Shown: positions 1 to 30,177 of the stretch, in pieces
Position numbering within the stretch: the stretch's first letter is position 1
How the letters are laid out: each line of letters starts with the position of its first letter
Assembly: GCA_012295275.1 (NCBI GenBank)
Contig: CM022673.1
Span: forward strand, 11,098,001 to 11,162,000
DNA: 64,000 bases
Direction of reading: 5' to 3'
DNA from: Chrysomallon squamiferum
Taxonomy: Eukaryota; Animalia; Mollusca
Notes under the pieces: generated by a model
Seen by the model: the letters and a program-made list of their open reading frames with translations, nothing else
Told to the model about the DNA's origin: nothing
The model's database searches: none
Program-made: the position numbers and the translations under genes

Positions 1-477
1 CCTTGTTGATTGAATGAATTCTTACTGATAAAAAATGTGAATTTTCAAATTTTTAATACCTCACAATTTCAACAGTTGTAAATTCTTATTGGAGTGTCAT
101 GCAGTTTTTTGAAGAGTAGTCTATAGACACAAAAGCTTTCATAATCAGTAGAAACGTTTTGAAATAAGGACAAGAATATTCTACTAGGGGACAGACATTT
201 CTACAGATTTCTTTTTGAATATAGACACTAAATAAATTCACCCAAACTCACTAAAGCATTTTGTCTGGCCTCAGCAAATAACAAAAAAAAACAGTGTGTG
301 TCAGTTTTAAGGTTTTCATGACTTCAGTTATTACTGATGACAATAAACAGTAAGTTAATGTTCCACATTAGATATAGATTTATATATGGGTTTAAAAAAT
401 AATAATAATAATAAAAAAATAAATAATTTTATATTTTTTTTTTTTATTTTATTTTATTTTATTTTATTTAATTATTT

Positions 478-509
<32 letters not shown>

Positions 510-570
510 GATTAAAATTAAATCAGTTTGTTAAATCAAAGTATTTAAAATTATTTTTTTTTTCATTTAG

Positions 571-11345
<10,775 letters not shown>

Positions 11346-13727
11346 CGTTGTTCAACAGTAGTGCAATGTTGTCAGTAGAGAGGAAAAACTGTGATAACAC
11401 AGCAAACACATATCCTAGAAGCACACACCCACGCCTAGAAAAACCCACACAGATCCATGAAACCTTCTTGTCAAGGAGCCTTGCACAATGGATGATGATG
11501 ATGATGATCGAGAAGAAGAAGTTTCGTCTGTGTTTCTTGATATGCTGTATTTAAAACTACACAACGTATTTTCTAATAATTCATAACTGAACACAACAAT
11601 CAGATATTGACTTTATTAACCTACACTGCAATGTCTTGTTACCTCTTTGCTTGCAAATATTACCAGAGTATTCTGAAAAGAAATTTTTTTGTTTTTCAGG
11701 AATGTGTGCAAGTGTGCTTTAACCAATATTTTGTAATTGTTTGTTTTTGTTTGTTTGTTTGTTTGTTTATATTTTTAATTTTTATTATTATTATTATTAT
11801 TATTTCAATTTTGTTTCACTTTTTAATTTTTTTATAAAGTCATGTTTTTTTTATTAGTAATTCTTTTTATTTATTTATTTTCAGGAATGTGTGTAAAGCA
11901 TTGTTTTGCCAAATTTAATGATTTATTTATTTTTTTTTTTTTTTATGAAATATATTAATACAGATTGTTTTATACAATATTTTGTAAAATTTATTAGTTT
12001 ATAATTTTTAAGAAATGGTTTGTATATTTGTTTAAAGCAGTATTTTGTACAATTATTTGAAATTTCTTTTTGTCCTTCTTAGCAGAATATTTGTGTACAT
12101 TTGTCTGTCTTGAGAGAGAAGAGTCGTGGAATTTGAAGCTAGATAAGAATATCCACTATTTAAATAATTTATTGTATTATATTATTAAATTCAGAATTAC
12201 ACTGCTTATCCAGAACATCTAAAGATTCCTATAACAGTTTTAAAAAACTGTTTCAGAATTCAGTTACCAACCAAAAGTTAGAATTTATTAATATTTGACC
12301 TGCACTTTAATCATAATACCTCTTGCCAGATAGATAAAGTGTGGAAAATGATCTTTTTTATTGTTGTTGTTGTTGTTATTTATTTATTTATTTATTTGTT
12401 ATTATTTTTTTTTTTTTTAAACTAATTTTGCAAAGTAAAATAGAAATATCGGTTGCTTTCTATGCATTCCACCTTCTATGCATTAAATTATTTAAAAATT
12501 TAATCAAAATATTTCATTAATTCAGAAAATTAATAACTGATAAAGATGAATTAAAAATCAGTTACTTGTAAAATACATTTTATTTGTTCTGAGAACTTAA
12601 AATTAATGGAGTGTGTTTAAAAAAAAAAAAAAAAAAAATAAAAATATTTTTCAACAATCCACATATGTTACCTGATATTCATTTGTTTTTTCAAGATTTT
12701 CTTTCTGTTATTTTGTAATGTTTGTTTCTAATTATGTATATTCCCAATTAGGGATCTGTAGCACAGACATTTATCATGCAGGGTTTGCCCCAAAAAGTCT
12801 GAAAAATGAAACATATATTTAAAAAAAAAAAAAAAAAAAAAAAATAAAGTTTTACAAACTACATATATATTTCTCCGTATCCTAGCAGTTAATGCATAAA
12901 TGTTATTTTATAAGCGAGCACATACTTCATTTTTATAAAAACCTTAAACATTAATCAGAAAAAGTTATTTTATTATTTACATTTTCTTAATAGTTGTATC
13001 AAAAACTAGTTATTTTATTTTTTTCACAAAATTTTGTTATTTTTCATTTAGCACATCCCCCTTAAGTATGGAAACCACTTATTATATACGTTTATAGATA
13101 CTTTAGTCTTTTGTTAATTATAAAATAAATGATAAAGATAATAATAATATGAAATAAGAAGATGATGAGGAAGAATATTAATAACAACAACTACAACAAC
13201 AACAATAATTATAATTATTATCGTTAACAGTAATTAAAATTAATCCAGCCATCAGCTTGCCTAAAATTCAAAAATTTAGAAGCAGTTTTAAGAATCGTAC
13301 AGAAATTATTTTTAAATAATGATACATTTTGTCAAATCTATCATAATGAAATAAGAAATGTTAATCATGTATAGGTAAAAAGAAAAAGGAAATTAAAAAA
13401 ATTTGAATTTTCAGAATTTTTCATTCTGCGACTGAATATAGACATTAAAAATCAATTTCACACAAATTTATATTGTTACTGTTATTGTTTATTTATTTAT
13501 TTATTTTATTTTAATATTTCCTCTTTCCCACTTTAAAATGATACTGAGATTGCAAATAAACCTTTTAATTCTACGATATATATATATGTTTTGTTTTTCA
13601 CATTTCGTTTTACAGTTGTAAATTAATGTCTTGAGCAGTTACGCACAGATAGCTTTATAGAAAGTATTATATGTATAATTTAAAAATTATATCATTATAC
13701 ATTTAATTAATTTTTTTTCCACATTGT

Positions 13728-13758
<31 letters not shown>

Positions 13759-13807
13759 AAACTAATCTTTCCAAATCTTGTCAATGTTTAAATAATCATG
13801 AAAAAAA

Positions 13808-13865
<58 letters not shown>

Positions 13866-14414
13866 TATTTATTTATTTTTTATTTTTTTTTTTTTTTTTT
13901 AATACTACAACATAATTAGGAGACTTAAAAAGATGCAGTTATCTGACCTACATAACATTACACAACAAATGATCATAACCCACTCATTTAAAACATGGAT
14001 TTGCCCCTGGGCTACTTGAATTGTTTTCCTGATCCCCCCTGTTCTTCCCATTGGAGTTGGACACATCCTGTACAAGTACTGATTATTGGCTGTTTTGTAT
14101 ACATAATGTTACTGGTATACTGTTGTTATAAATAGATAATAAATGGCTGTTTTATATAAGTAATGTAATTTATTACTGATATGTTGTATAGAAATTAGCA
14201 TTTGTCTCAGGTGTTAATAAGTATTGATAATATTAAATATGTGTGTAATAACTATTTGAAATTATAAAAACTCTATTTTATGTCAAAGAAGTTTTAATGA
14301 CAATTCAACACATTTTTTGTAATAATGCTTATTAAATGTTCACTTTTTTCTTCATAATATTAGTGGAGGTGAAACTTATTAAATGCTGTGACAGTTATAT
14401 GTTTTATATGTTGT

Positions 14415-14545
14415 TTCTGATACACAGTAAAGCATCCCTATTTTTTTTATATACCACTTGTGAGTTCTAGTTGGAATGAGATAGTTCCCCAAAAGAGTAC
14501 TAAGGAGATTTGATTATGCAGCTGATTGCTCCTCAGACAAGTCTT
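14415..14545 (-). mobile_element. heavily decayed SINE-like fragment
   Basis: The reverse complement (..acttgtctgaggagcaatcagctgcataatcaaatctcc..tatctcattccaactagaactcacaagtggtata..) resembles, from memory, a gastropod tRNA-derived SINE with CpG-to-TpG decay. Not checked against a repeat library. Confidence 0.35.
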
Positions 14546-14728
14546 ATCTAGTCAAAATGTAAAGGCAATAATAACATGTTTTTTGTTGTTGTTTTGAAAA
14601 TTCAAAGGAAATTATTTCATTATATATATAATAAATAAATAAAAAATTAAAATTAAAAAATATATATATAACAATGATGAGATTATTTTATTTTTGGTAG
14701 GATGTATGGATGCTATTGCATATTATTT

Positions 14729-14764
<36 letters not shown>

Positions 14765-16173
14765 CATCATTTGCATAAATTTCAGAATTAAACTACAATA
14801 AAATACAGTGAGGTTCACAAGTTTTGTAAATACTATCTTTACGAGATGATGAAATTATGTTAATTTTGGAAGAACGTGGTTGCGGGGGTGTTTTGACTGG
14901 TAGCTGTTAAAATGGTTTAAACTCAATCATGCCTACCAGAAGTGTTTAAATTTTGTCATTTATGAATTAAATAACAGTTTGTTACTTTCATTAACTTTCT
15001 ATTTACCCTGTTTAACTGTGTCAAATTCTCGTATACCAAACAGAGACCCTTTAACTGTCATTACTGAAGTAGAAACAAGCTGAAGATGTTACTTGCGATT
15101 AACAAATTTAAAACCTCAAAATTCGAGCGTTTTACGGTTTTCCATCGTTGGCTAAACCAGAAACGTTGAAAAAAGCCATTTTTGATTGACTGACCCAAGC
15201 CTCCTCCCCTTTAAAAAAAACCCCACCGACAACAATTACAACCTGATAAACAGTTTTAATTTTTTTTTTTTTTTTCCGGCGTTAATAATAATGTTAGACT
15301 GTTTTAGTGGGTAGCATCAATAAAAGGAAGCATATTTTAGGCGCCATTTTTTTAATATTCATTCCCAATTATTATAATAGTAATCGAATTAATAAATCTG
15401 ATCGTTGTGTTTGTTAGGACTGTTTGATATATATAAAAAACATTTAACGCTCGACAATTAAAACTTGCATCTTGAAGCAGTTTCATTAAAGCCAACGATA
15501 AATTAATTATACCGCATCCCAATAATTATATAAGTAATACTATTAATAAAGGCGAAATTGGCTTTCATAAGTTAAGCAGAATTAATATTTGTGTGTGGAT
15601 GTAATATTAAGGAATACAGTGGTACCTGTCTTTTGCTTATTATGAGTTCTATGACGAGTCCCATATATTTTTTACAGTGGATCATTGAACTTGATAAAAA
15701 AACATAAATGTGTTTTTTGGAGAAAATGAGTTTGCTGTTGAATGCCCGCAACAAAACAATATGTGTGTTTTGATATGTAGTTTTTTCAAAAAGAAAAAAA
15801 AAAATAATAATGTTTAATAATAAATGCCCGCCAACAAACCAATAATTATTATTATTATCTGTAATTTTTGCCTCTCCTTTTGTTTTGCCACACGGGTTCC
15901 ATACAAGACAAACACCTCTGTACTCTAAATATATTTTTCATTCTTCCACTTCACGTTTGTTTTTGTTTTTTTGCAGATAAGTCTTAGCAAAGTATAACAA
16001 AAGAGTACAGATTTAAAATAGAGACTGACACGTTTCCGGAGTCGTGACGTCGTAGATTTATCGTCTGCCTTGAGCAGATAGCTAATTCTATTACTAATGA
16101 TTACGTAATCAGAAAGAAACCAACTGCCGTATGGTCTGAAAGAAAGTATTAAAAAATGATATATTATTATTAT

Positions 16174-16212
<39 letters not shown>

Positions 16213-16634
16213 CAGAACAAAATTTGTAATGCTTGCTGTCCTAGCTTTACACAGATCTTGTTAAGGTGTATTCACAGTCCCAATAAAAATAATTTATACT
16301 TTGTATAATGTTTTTTGTTCATTTTAATCATAAAAGGTATCCGCATTGGTCTATATTAGCATTTTAATATAGTTTTTAATATTTTATATTGATTACTAAT
16401 TAATTAATAAATGACACATACATACATACATACATACATTCTTACAATTAAGAAAAGAAAGAAGAAATGGAAAGAATGTTAAATTTCTTTTTTCAGATTA
16501 ACAGTTCACTGGTTATTTTTGACCAGCTGCAGGTACACATGACAAATCTTCCCTTACCATTGCAACTTAAATTATTCTACTAAAAATATATCTTCAAATG
16601 CAACCTCAAAAAGCCATATTAGTCAGAATCCGGA

Positions 16635-17285
16635 AGAATTGTGTTGTTATCCTTCTCTAGATTTGTAGATTTGTGTTTTTGTCCTCTATAGAATTATTAT
16701 TATCCTACTCTAGTCATCTGTAGGAATTGTATTCATTCTTCTCTCGTCATCAATAGAATTGCGTTTGTATCCTTCTCTAGTCATCTGTAGAACAGTGTTT
16801 ATATCCTGTAGTCATCTCTAGAACTGTGTTTTTAATCTTCCTTTAGTCATCTTGGAATTGGGTTTTCATCTATTTGTAGTCATCAGTAAAATTGTATTTA
16901 TCCTTCTTTAGTCATCTACAGAATTGCATTTTTATCCTTCTCTAATTATCTTATGGTTTGTCTTTCTCTAGTCATCTGTATAACTATTTTCATCTTTCTC
17001 TACTCAACAGTTGAACTGCGTTTATATCTTCTCTATTCATCTGTAGATTTTATGTTTTTGTCCTCGAGTCATCTGTTGAATTATTATCCTTCTCTAGTCA
17101 TCTTTAGAGAAATGTATTATTATCCTTCTCTATCATCTGTAGAACAGTGTCTTCATCTTTCTCTACTCAACTGTAGAATTGTGTTTTTAATCCTCTCTAG
17201 TCATCCGTAGATTTCTGTTTGAATCATTCTCTTGTCGTCTCTAGCAGAATGGTTTTTAATCCTTCCGCAAGTCATTTGTAGAACG
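16635..17285. repeat. minisatellite, ~33-34 nt unit (TATCCTTCTCTAGTCATCTGTAGAATTGTGTTT), ~19 degenerate copies
   Basis: The TAGTCATCTGTAGAA core recurs every 33-34 nt (e.g. 16711, 16744, 16778) with no unique spacers. Confidence 0.93.
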
Positions 17286-20035
17286 GTTATTAACTTCATC
17301 GACTTCCTGACACATGCCATCCTTACAATGCTAAAATAAAACCACTGCTAAGTGTATTCTGTGCTGTTTGCTTGAGGAAACGACTGTGCGGAAAAGTGAC
17401 GGAAAACTGACAGGTCTGGCCCTGTATGATGACAGATAGAAACATTGTGAGATATGACTGTATCTCGTACGACAACGAATATGAATCTACGCCTCATAAT
17501 AAGTTTGGAAACAAATATGTCGGCCAACAGAGATAGACTATGCGGACAACTTTCTCCGTTTTTATTATCGTTGGTGAGTAAATATGTCAATATATTTATA
17601 TATTTACAAAATTTGGTAAATTCCAGTTTCAGAATTATAAACGATTAAAATGAATACAGTTAGTGAGTGCTTAGTTAATTTATTTCGATGAAAGAAAGGG
17701 AAAAATACATACAGCGGAAAGTTATGGTACTCTGATAAAGAGCTTTGTTTAACTGTTCGTTAACGTCTTTTGATTAATATATTTTACCTGTGCTAGCATT
17801 TTATATACGTTTGTTGAAGCACATATATATATATATTATATGAATAAACGTATCTAAATATGTGTATACATATGTATCTATGCTTGTATGAATGTGTTTG
17901 TATGTACGTACATATGTATGTGTGTATGCATGCCTGTATATGTAAGTATGTATGCATTTATGTGCTAACATATATATATATATATGTGTTTGTGTAGAAG
18001 TATATATGATGTAACATGATTGCGGATTGATAACAGTAGTTTAAACACAGACACATCAATTACAGTACATTCCTTAGTTATTGTTCATATCATTAAAAGT
18101 ACAATCGTAAAGGAAATTAATAGAAAGCAGAATATCTATCTTCTTTTTATTATTTTTTCCCATTTCTTTCTCTCTCTCTTTTTTTTTTTTTTTTTTTTTT
18201 TGGTACGCATTTTCGTCACCTAGCAAATCAATTATTACTTGCTTACATAGACAGGGTGTCTGGCAAGTGTACAAACTGCGCATCGTGAGTGAGCGAAAGA
18301 AATTAACATGCAAACCGGTGACAGTAACGCTGTGTGCGCATCAGACATTTATATAATCTTTGCATAACGGATTTTGACATTTGAGAAAAACGTGTTAATA
18401 TTTGTCGGACTGTGGTTCAGGTAATGACTTAAACTGTGTACATTCCCCTGTTTATATATGTAAGTATGTTTGTGTGTGTATGTATGTATGTATGTATGTA
18501 TGTATGTATGTATGTACGTATTTACGTTTTGTTGTATTCAAGAACATGCAGGGACACAAAGTTCAATGCTGACCTTATAAATGTCAAATGCCACTGACGA
18601 GACTGGAACGCATGGCTCCGAATCACCTGCACTCAGAAAGCGATCAACGTTATATTTATGATATCGAGACTATAAAACATAACTTTTAATATCCGACAAC
18701 AATCGCCGTGACTTGCAAAGCTCGCTGTTCGTTATACTTCGCCATTTTTTTGGCGATATTTATTTTTGTTGTCAAACATGGCACAAGGACTTGGCAGTTT
18801 CATATTTTATGTACGTCTCTGTGTGTAGGTAAACATACAGGGTTTTAATTCAGCCGTATATTATGTATCTAACACATACGTACGTATGTATGTATGTATG
18901 TATGTATGTATGTATGTATGTATGTATGTATGTATACCTTTATAAAATTTGGTCAACTAAAAACATTCCATAGTTTTAGACTTTCTGCATAGTACATAAA
19001 TAACTCCGTACTCCGCTTGGTGATGAATGTTCCGGGAGAATTAAGTAGGTGGATGGTAACTGATCCATCAACAAGCAGACTGGTAACCGATTATGAAGCA
19101 AAGTTTACATCTCATAAAGAGAACAGAACAGCACCAGATGTCACCACGCATTAATAATTATCCTTTCACGAGGCTTCTGCGTTTAGTATATTGGCAAGAG
19201 AAACTTTTACATGTATTATTTATATGTGTATTGCTAAAATGAACTGTCATGTAAGCTGCCTGATTTGACGTGCTGAAAAAACACAGTTTCTGTTTTTATT
19301 TTTCCTTCATTTGAGGTATCAGTAAGTCATCTGTCTCATTTCTGTTAATATTCAATTTATGTAATTTATGTAAAAAACATTTCCTGATAATTTAAAGAAG
19401 TTCAACAATAGTCCAGATACTATTGGAATTATGCAAATTAGAAAAAAAAAAGAACAAAAAAACCAAAAAAAAAAGATAAAAACATTTTTCCGCTTTGAAA
19501 TGTTATTTTAAAATCAGTGCATTTTTAAACTTTTTGTTTTATTAGAAGTGAACTTCTCGGTTAACTTACGTTACACGTTATGACACAGTACCACTATTAA
19601 ACCATCTAAAAAATTAAAAACGGCCATATCGAAGTCTATATTGAAAGAAATTAATGAAGGTGAAGGCCAGATCGTTTGGTCATCACAACTGGGTAGTAAG
19701 CGGCAGTTTTATTTCAAACGTGGTTCAGTTAAGCAGCATCCATGGATATGAAGAAGAAACCGAAAAAAACATATTCCAGAATTTCTATAGGTAATATAAA
19801 GGATAATGTGGATTGTATTTAATTGAAGTATTTTAATAATGTAGAGTTAGCTTTGATAATTACAAATTTTCATTTAGATAGGATTATTTCGTTAGTTTGT
19901 ATTAACATATAATAATTTGACAGCTTATTAACATTGGTTTTTTGCTAATTTACGATATCATGCGATATTATTACGCAGTTTAAAGTGATAGTGCAAACAG
20001 AATTGTTAAAAAGTTAACAAAATAAACTACAAGAA

Positions 20036-20067
20036 TCGTGACGCAATCGGTTTTTAAATGATGTCAC
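20036..20067 (+). promoter_or_regulatory. paralog-conserved bZIP (C/EBP-ATF/CRE-like) element upstream of sulfotransferase copy A
   Basis: TCGTGACGCAATCGG-N7-ATGATGTCAC. Both blocks and the 7-nt spacing recur inverted at 31617-31648. Confidence 0.5.
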
Positions 20068-20455
20068 ATATCATAAGAGTGTATAAAATTATATTTTTTT
20101 CAATTAATTTATTTTTGAATCCTAATACAATTGTTAGTAATTAACAGCAGTTTATATTAAGAATTTGAAGTCTGTTATATTAGAATTATTTAAGAAATGG
20201 CGGGAATGTGTCAGAACCGCGCCAAACAGATGAACACAGCGAAAATGACAGGTGCCCTGTATTAATACGCCATGTTTTTATTACGTAAAATTTAATATTA
20301 CGTAATTTCAACATGGCATTTACAGGCCACCTTTTTATGCAGGGTACAATTTTCTAATTTTAAGTTTCTTCGTAAATAAACAGTTTAGTAATATCTTATT
20401 TCTCAAAATGTATTGGAAAAATGGTTCAAAATATATAGCTATTATTAAAAAAAAA

Positions 20456-20490
<35 letters not shown>

Positions 20491-21029
20491 AATAAAAAAT
20501 TGAATGACCAGAAGAAATAGTTTCTAAAATGAATTAATTAACTGCAAATAGTTCTCAATGTCACACCACAAATTATTTTTACGACGTTAGTCAAGCATTT
20601 TTTTTCTTCTAAAATTTTATCGACACACAAACACACACAGACAGACAGACAGAGACACAGACATATTAATTTCTTAAATAAATTTTAAAAATGGATCCGA
20701 ATAAATTATAAACCAGTTAAGTCAACAGCACTTTCAAATTATTCTCCATTATTTGCAATAGTGTCTCGTCTTTCAGCCAGTCTGTTTCTCTGACTGTCTG
20801 GTTAGCTAACTATCTGATTGTCTGTATATATATATTTGTATATTAATACATTTACTGATAACCGAATTGAATAAGACAACGTTTTTACGTCTACATGTAT
20901 ATTTTTGTTTACTACATTATCGGATTATGTTTTTCACCTTCTTCGTTTTCGTTCTTCTTTTGCTTGTTATTATTTTCTGATTATTCACATTTGTATTGTA
21001 ATTTGTTTATATAATTAACAGGCCTCAGT

Positions 21030-25654
<4,625 letters not shown>

Positions 25655-27346
25655 ACAGGGGCATTTTTTCGAGAGACGTACCCGTTAACATTATCAAAAT
25701 GTTACTAAAAGGGAAATACAAAAGACCTGCGTAACCTTAAATATTTTTGTTCTGTTTAAATTAGGTGTTACAAAATTGTAGTTTATAATACCAGTATTTT
25801 AAAAAAAAAAATTAAAAAAAGGGTTATGGAAGATAATTATTATAAATTTTTTTTACTAAAATGAATCATAACTTTTCTAATTCTAAAAGGAATCAACGAT
25901 GTTTTCATTAAAACGATATTCAGCGCTACTAGAATAAAATTTAAAAAAAAAAAAAAAAATGAAAAATAAAAAGTCGTCTTAGTTATTTATGACGTAGATT
26001 TGTAGTTTTGCTTAAAGAAATGAAATCGTGATATTATTTTTCTGCTAAAAGATTATATATGAGGAACAGTTTTCTACTAACATGATTATGGTAGTTATTA
26101 CTAACGTACTCTTTTGTACAAAACATGTTTATTGTCTTCTGCGACAGTAGTTAATGTTCTGGTGTTGTTCAAAATGTACGAATATTTGGTCTAATAAAAT
26201 TCATTATACTTGCAAGATATTCTTTTTTTTTCTTCTTTTTTTATATATATATATATATAAGAAAGAAAAAAGTAAATAAGTAAATTATATATAGGTGTTT
26301 TTTTTATTATTATTTTTTATATGTTTTTATGTTTCATATGTTAATATAGATCATTTTTTTTAAAATATATTTTCTGTTTCTTTTCACTTTTTAAATTCTT
26401 TTTTCAGTTCTTTTTCTTTTATTTATTATTTTTTCTTCTTAATTTCGTTTATTATTGTTATTATTATTATTATAAATTTTTAATTTTTTTTTTTTTCGTT
26501 TATTTTTTTTTTTTTTATAAAGATATTTTGGGGTTATTTATTAATTATTATTATTTTAATTTTTAATTAATTAATTTTTTATTTTTATTATTATTTTATT
26601 ATTATTATTTTAAATATTAAGTTAATTACATGCTTTTTATGTCTTTTAATTTTTTTTTTTTAATTATTATTAACTAATACAGCAGTTCACTAGTCTTCTC
26701 CATTCATATTTCCACAATTACTCCGTATCCACGCCCCCTTAGTTACTGTTACTACGTCCCACAAGCTAATATCCAAAATGGCGGAATCAGTAGCAGACGC
26801 CGTACCTGATCTGAAAAGTATTCCAGATGATGTGTCGGTTTCATATCTTCCTGAGAGCTTGGGCCTTTCCAAGAGATTGGCTTATACTATAGGATTTAAA
26901 AAGACTAAAGAAATCAAGACTTGTCACTTACTGCACGCTAGTTCTTTGGAAGGTCATTCAAAAAGTGTAAATAAATTTTAAAATTATAAAATACGCAAGC
27001 GGAGATGGGTTTGTGTGTGTGTGTGTGTGTGTGTGTGGGTCTGTGTGTGTGTTATCTTTAAAGAATTTAATAAAGACCCTACGTTCAATTAGTAACTAGA
27101 ATTCATCGAATATTGAACGTAACGATTTATTAAAGATCAGTTTTCCTTCTTTTTTTTAAACTCTATTCTTCTTTTCATTTATTTATTTGTTTATTTTCAT
27201 TTTTAATACGCATATATGTATACATTTATTTATTTATTTATTTTTCATTTTGGCGTGTTATGTAAATTTATGTCGTGTAACTTGTATCATTTTTCTTTGT
27301 ATAGTTTTAATTATTGTTTATTATTCATTTATTTATAATAATAATG

Positions 27347-27383
<37 letters not shown>

Positions 27384-27611
27384 ATAACCACAGTTATCTC
27401 TCTTTCTCTATCCCTGTCTATCTCTTTGTTTATATGTACGTAGGCTTGTATGCACGTAGCATGTTTGCTTGTATGTATGTACCTATGCATGTATATGTTT
27501 CTATGTATGTATGTAAAACAAAAAACAAAAAAAAAAAAAAAAAAAACAAAAAAAACGAATTAGTTCTGTTATATTTAGAAAATTTTATTTCACACATTTT
27601 TATCAAAAGAA

Positions 27612-29221
27612 TTATCCTTTCAAAAACAAAATTTTCACAATACTAGTGCGTATGTTTGTCAACATGCCTGGAACATATATCTCTCTCCACGTCAAAAACG
27701 AGCTGTTTAACAGCTCAGACTTTGATCGTACCGACACATAGCCTAACCTGTAATAGACATCCCTACAGTCTCTGTCGACTGTCTGCGCAGCTTCCAGACT
27801 TATGTTCTCCCGCCATTTGTTTGCCGTCTTGCTAGAGTTTTTTCGCACGACGCAGACAGAGCAGGAGTCCTCAAAGCCACCGCTCGTGATGTTGTACACG
27901 TATGATTTAATAGACTGCGTCATCTTCAGTCCCAGAAATTTGTACAGCATCTCCGCCATCATCACAGGCGACTGAGTCAGTTTCTCGTAAAACAGGATGG
28001 CCGTCTTCCCTGGAAAGTTCATTCTTATTTTGTCCAGATCATCTAAGTTCTCTGTCACCTGCTGGCAGTGTTTGGCAGCTTTTTTTAAGTGATAGGGCCA
28101 TATTTCAGCGAACGAAGTTTTATCCCACGGACCGGTTTCAGCGATACGAACAAGTGACGTCGTTATAGCACGTGGATCGCGAAGCAGATAAATGACCTTG
28201 AGATTTGGAACTTCTTTCAAAAGCTCTTCGACCATGTCCATGGTCATCCGAATTGTTTTGATCATGATGAATTTAGATCTGAGACATTTAAATATTAAAG
28301 GATTCAGGCATTTCTTCTGAAGCTGCATCGTTGTGCTGTTGAGTACGCATTTGTAATAGTCGGCAGTGGTCGAACTTCTTTCCATGTGATGCTGGTTCAG
28401 AGTCGTAATGTCAATGTTGGTGAGGTTACAGCTGAAGATTTCTTTTATAACATTTACCTTTTCAGATAATTGCAATCCGAAGCTAAGAAAAAAAAAAAAA
28501 AATAATAATAATAATAAAATAAAATAAAATAGATAGATAGACAGATAGACAAACAGACAGACAGACAGATATATAGATAGACAGACAAACAGACAGACAG
28601 ACAGATAATATAAATGTGTTTAAAAATGCTCTTATTGGAGATAACATCAAATTTAGTTTAAAAAGTCAGTTTGTGTTCCAAAAAAGTAAAAACAAAACAT
28701 TTATTTATTTATTTATTACTTTTTTAAATTTGCTCTTATAGTTTGTGTATTTTTACAAACAATCCAAATTTAACAGACAAAAAAAAGAAAAAAACAACAA
28801 CCCAAAAAACAACTATAACAAACAAACAAACAAAAAAAAAACAGATGCAAGCAAACAAGCAAATAATAAACAAACATGCAAACAAGCAAATAATAAACAA
28901 ACAAGCAAACAAATAAAAGGAAACAGAACAAGCAAATAATACTACCGTGTTAAATGACTGAAATAAAGTCCTGGCAAATGATGCTTAGAAAGTCTTTCGA
29001 CAGTGTAAAGGGGCTCAAAGACGTAAAACGAATTCTCGTTTTTCTGCAGAATGTCACCTGTTAAAGTTGACCCACTGCGCATGTGCGAAACAAGTAAAAC
29101 CTTAACGGACTGTTTCGAATGGGTATGATGTTGAAAACTGTATTCTGCAATAATCAGAGAATTATAAAACATAATTAACTGAACAGATTTTATTATTTAA
29201 AGTGTAACAAGGGCACGCAAC

Positions 29222-29299
<78 letters not shown>

Positions 29300-30177
29300 T
29301 TATTTCATTTATTGTTATGTATAGTTATAAAACATTAATTTTATCAAATTTTAAAGAGTTAGTTGTGGTGGCGGCCATTGCTGACATTTCTGTTAACTCT
29401 TGAAGATTAAAACCTTCGTTGTGTTTTATGTAAAACTTAGTAAAACCAAAATAATAATTAACATTTAACAATAGTAAAGCGAAATTAAAATTCTCAAATC
29501 TGTAAAGACAAATAAATAAATAATAAACAGATAATACTACAGAACAAAATAAGTGAAAGGTAGCTTTCTTGCTTAATTTCCTCCTCAGATACAGAGGATC
29601 CACATTTTGTTGTTGACTGTCATTGTTATTACTCAAATTGCTATAATCTGTGCAATTGTCTCGCTCCGGAATAAAACACTAAGAAAACAGCTTATTTGTC
29701 AAAAAGTATAAATTATGTATGCTATTCACAGGTAAATAAATTAAATTAGTAAATGGTTTATACTTGCTTTTTAAAGAACCTTCGCTTAAATATTTTAACA
29801 AACTCAGTTTAAAAATATGCAAAATGAAATAAAGTAAATATGTAACTTTATTTTTGTTTGTGACCCGTTTTCGTTCTTCTTCTTTTTTTTTAAAATAATT
29901 ATTTGGCTTGTTGATATTGCTGTGTAAAATATGACGTTTGAGAAAAGAAGAGAACACTTTACGAATATACACAATAAAGAAATAAATAAAGAAAGAAAGA
30001 AAAATGAAGGCAGTAGTATTATGTTATTTTATAGGTGATAATATAATTTCACGTACCAATCCCATTTTGACTTCTGCAGATTCTGACAAGGACGAAGCAG
30101 ACGTTAAGACAGAGAGAACACAAAAGAGCTAGCAAATAGTATCGTCTCAGCCATCGTTTCGTAAAACGGATCACCAT
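27612..30177 (-). CDS. carbohydrate (Gal/GlcNAc-6-O, CHST1-like) sulfotransferase copy B, intact, ~396 aa
   Basis: Exons 30177-30057 (MVIRFTKRWLRRYYLLALLCSLCLNVCFVLV), 29144-28946 (SHMRSGSTLTGDIL..FEP) and 28482-27612 (RDPRA, YEKL, KWR). GT-AG sites with phases 1 and 2, the same as copy A; total 1191 nt. An extra stem exon near 29350-29650 cannot be excluded. Confidence 0.9.

Noticed and set aside
16635-17285. CRISPR-like periodicity (also 53655-54015)
   Set aside because: Units are contiguous and degenerate with no unique spacers; there are no cas genes and the context is eukaryotic.
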